Position numbers and translations under genes: made by a program. Under the pieces are notes generated by a model. It ran no database searches. It saw only the letters and a list, made by a program, of their open reading frames with translations, and was not told where the DNA came from. From Dehalococcoidia bacterium (GTDB taxonomy: Bacteria > Chloroflexota > Dehalococcoidia > Lucifugimonadales > Australimonadaceae), in assembly GCA_034422595.1 (NCBI GenBank), contig DAOUJO010000017.1, positions 2,303 to 66,302 of the forward strand: a stretch of 64,000 bases of DNA, in the 5' to 3' direction. Positions 62,197-64,000 of this stretch are shown here, one piece after another. Within the stretch, counting starts at the first letter, position 1; each line of letters begins with the position of its first letter.

Positions 62197-62715
62197 TCAA
62201 ACCGTCTGCGCCGCTGCGGGCGCGGTCGTGGACTCGTAGACGTCGTCCGGTGGCAGGTCGGAGCGATTCGCGGCTTCGACAGCCAGCCGGTCGCACCGTT
62301 CATTCTCGACGTTCCCCGCGTGGCCGCGCACCCACCGGAATGTTACCGCGTGCTTGTCGGTGAGTTGGAGCAGCCGGTCCCATAGGTCAGGGTTGATCGC
62401 GTGCTCCTTCTTGTTCCGCTTCCAGCCGTTGGCCTTCCAGCGCCGGGCCCAGCCCTTCTCGATAGCATCGACCACGTACTGCGAGTCGCTGTAGACGGTC
62501 ACCCGGCATGGCTCCGTCAACGCCTCCAGCGCCGTGATGACGGCGAGCAACTCCATGCGGTTGTTCGTCGTCAGCCGGAATCCCCCCGACAGTTCCCTGC
62601 GAGTCCCCTGGTAGTCGAGGACAGCGCCGTAGCCACCGGGGCCGGGGTTGCCGAGGCAGGCGCCGTCGGTGTGGATAGTGACGGACTTCTGGGCGGGGCT
62701 GGCGTCGGCAGTCAT
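62197..62715 (-). CDS. rnhA: ribonuclease HI
   Basis: V.I.TDGAC.GNPGPGG.G, TNNRMEL.A, Y.DS.YV and W..VKGH.G...NE..D.LA catalytic DEDD pattern. 172 aa with a short C-terminal tail. Confidence 0.9.
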   Translation of the reverse strand: MTADASPAQKSVTIHTDGACLGNPGPGGYGAVLDYQGTRRELSGGFRLTTNNRMELLAVITALEALTEPCRVTVYSDSQYVVDAIEKGWARRWKANGWKRNKKEHAINPDLWDRLLQLTDKHAVTFRWVRGHAGNVENERCDRLAVEAANRSDLPPDDVYESTTAPAAAQTV

Positions 62716-62716
62716 C

Positions 62717-63729
<1,013 letters not shown>

Positions 63730-63733
<4 letters not shown>

Positions 63734-64000
63734 CGCGTGGCCTCTTGGAGCGCGCGTTCGCGGAGCAGGTCGGCCATGCGCCGGGTTGCCTGTCCGCGGT
63801 GGCTGATGGCGTCCTTCTCCGCGGGGTCAAGCTGGGCCATCGTCCTGCCGAAGCGCGGGACGTAGAAGATGGGGTCGTAGCCGAAGCCGTTCTCTCCAAG
63901 GGGTGCGAACGCCGCACGGCCCTCGCATACGCCGTCCACGACCTCCTCGGAGCCGTCCGGCCTCGCAAGTACGAGCACGACGCGGTAGCGGCAGGTGCGC
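63730..64000 (-). CDS. rdgB: dITP/XTP pyrophosphatase RdgB/HAM1, C-terminal part; 5' end lies beyond the right window edge
   Basis: G.GFGYDPIF.....G.T.A......K...SHRG.A pattern. The reading frame stays open through 64000. Its stop overlaps the moaA ATG (ATGA at 63730-63733). Confidence 0.8.

Overview
GC-rich bacterial chromosomal segment (third codon positions are overwhelmingly G/C), densely coded on both strands. Most of it is housekeeping. I support about 60 CDS.

Main content:
- Housekeeping genes: pdxS/pdxT, proS, uvrB, ftsK, rnj, acpP/fabD/rpmF/yceD, nusB, rsmI, metG, lipA, radA, clpC, rpsA, pfkA, rplS, def, priA, the rpmH-rnpA-yidD-yidC-jag cluster, and rdgB-moaA-rnhA-moaC.
- Transport and catabolic genes: an OpuA-type betaine ABC importer, a TctC/TctA tripartite tricarboxylate transporter, an ABC-2 exporter, a PhtD-like decarboxylase, three VOC proteins, a bicupin, an enolase-superfamily enzyme, a 2-hydroxyacid dehydrogenase, an acyl-CoA dehydrogenase and a MetE-like protein.
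- Two genes missing from the ORF track were recovered by hand translation: rpmH (GTG start) and a truncated AAA ATPase at the left edge.
- The only RNA gene I can support is an isolated 5S rRNA with its own promoter.

I see no tRNA, CRISPR array, transposase, integrase or recognisable defence island.

RNase J, ClpC and lipoprotein binding proteins with Pro/Thr stalks suggest a Terrabacteria-type organism, possibly Chloroflexota. This is inference only.

I did not find a convincing multi-gene novel system. The most unusual things are:
1. A betaine-type binding lipoprotein built as A-B-B'-A', a normal module plus a circularly permuted one.
2. Two paralogous promoter/leader cassettes carrying phased 10-bp direct repeats, upstream of lipA and of a secreted protein.
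3. The orphan 5S rRNA immediately upstream of rpsA.
4. A 447-bp repeat-rich, structured non-coding leader upstream of the betaine transporter.
5. A secreted protein ending in a Trp-rich amphipathic helix behind a Pro/Thr linker.

The many long ORFs antisense to real genes are high-GC artefacts and are rejected.
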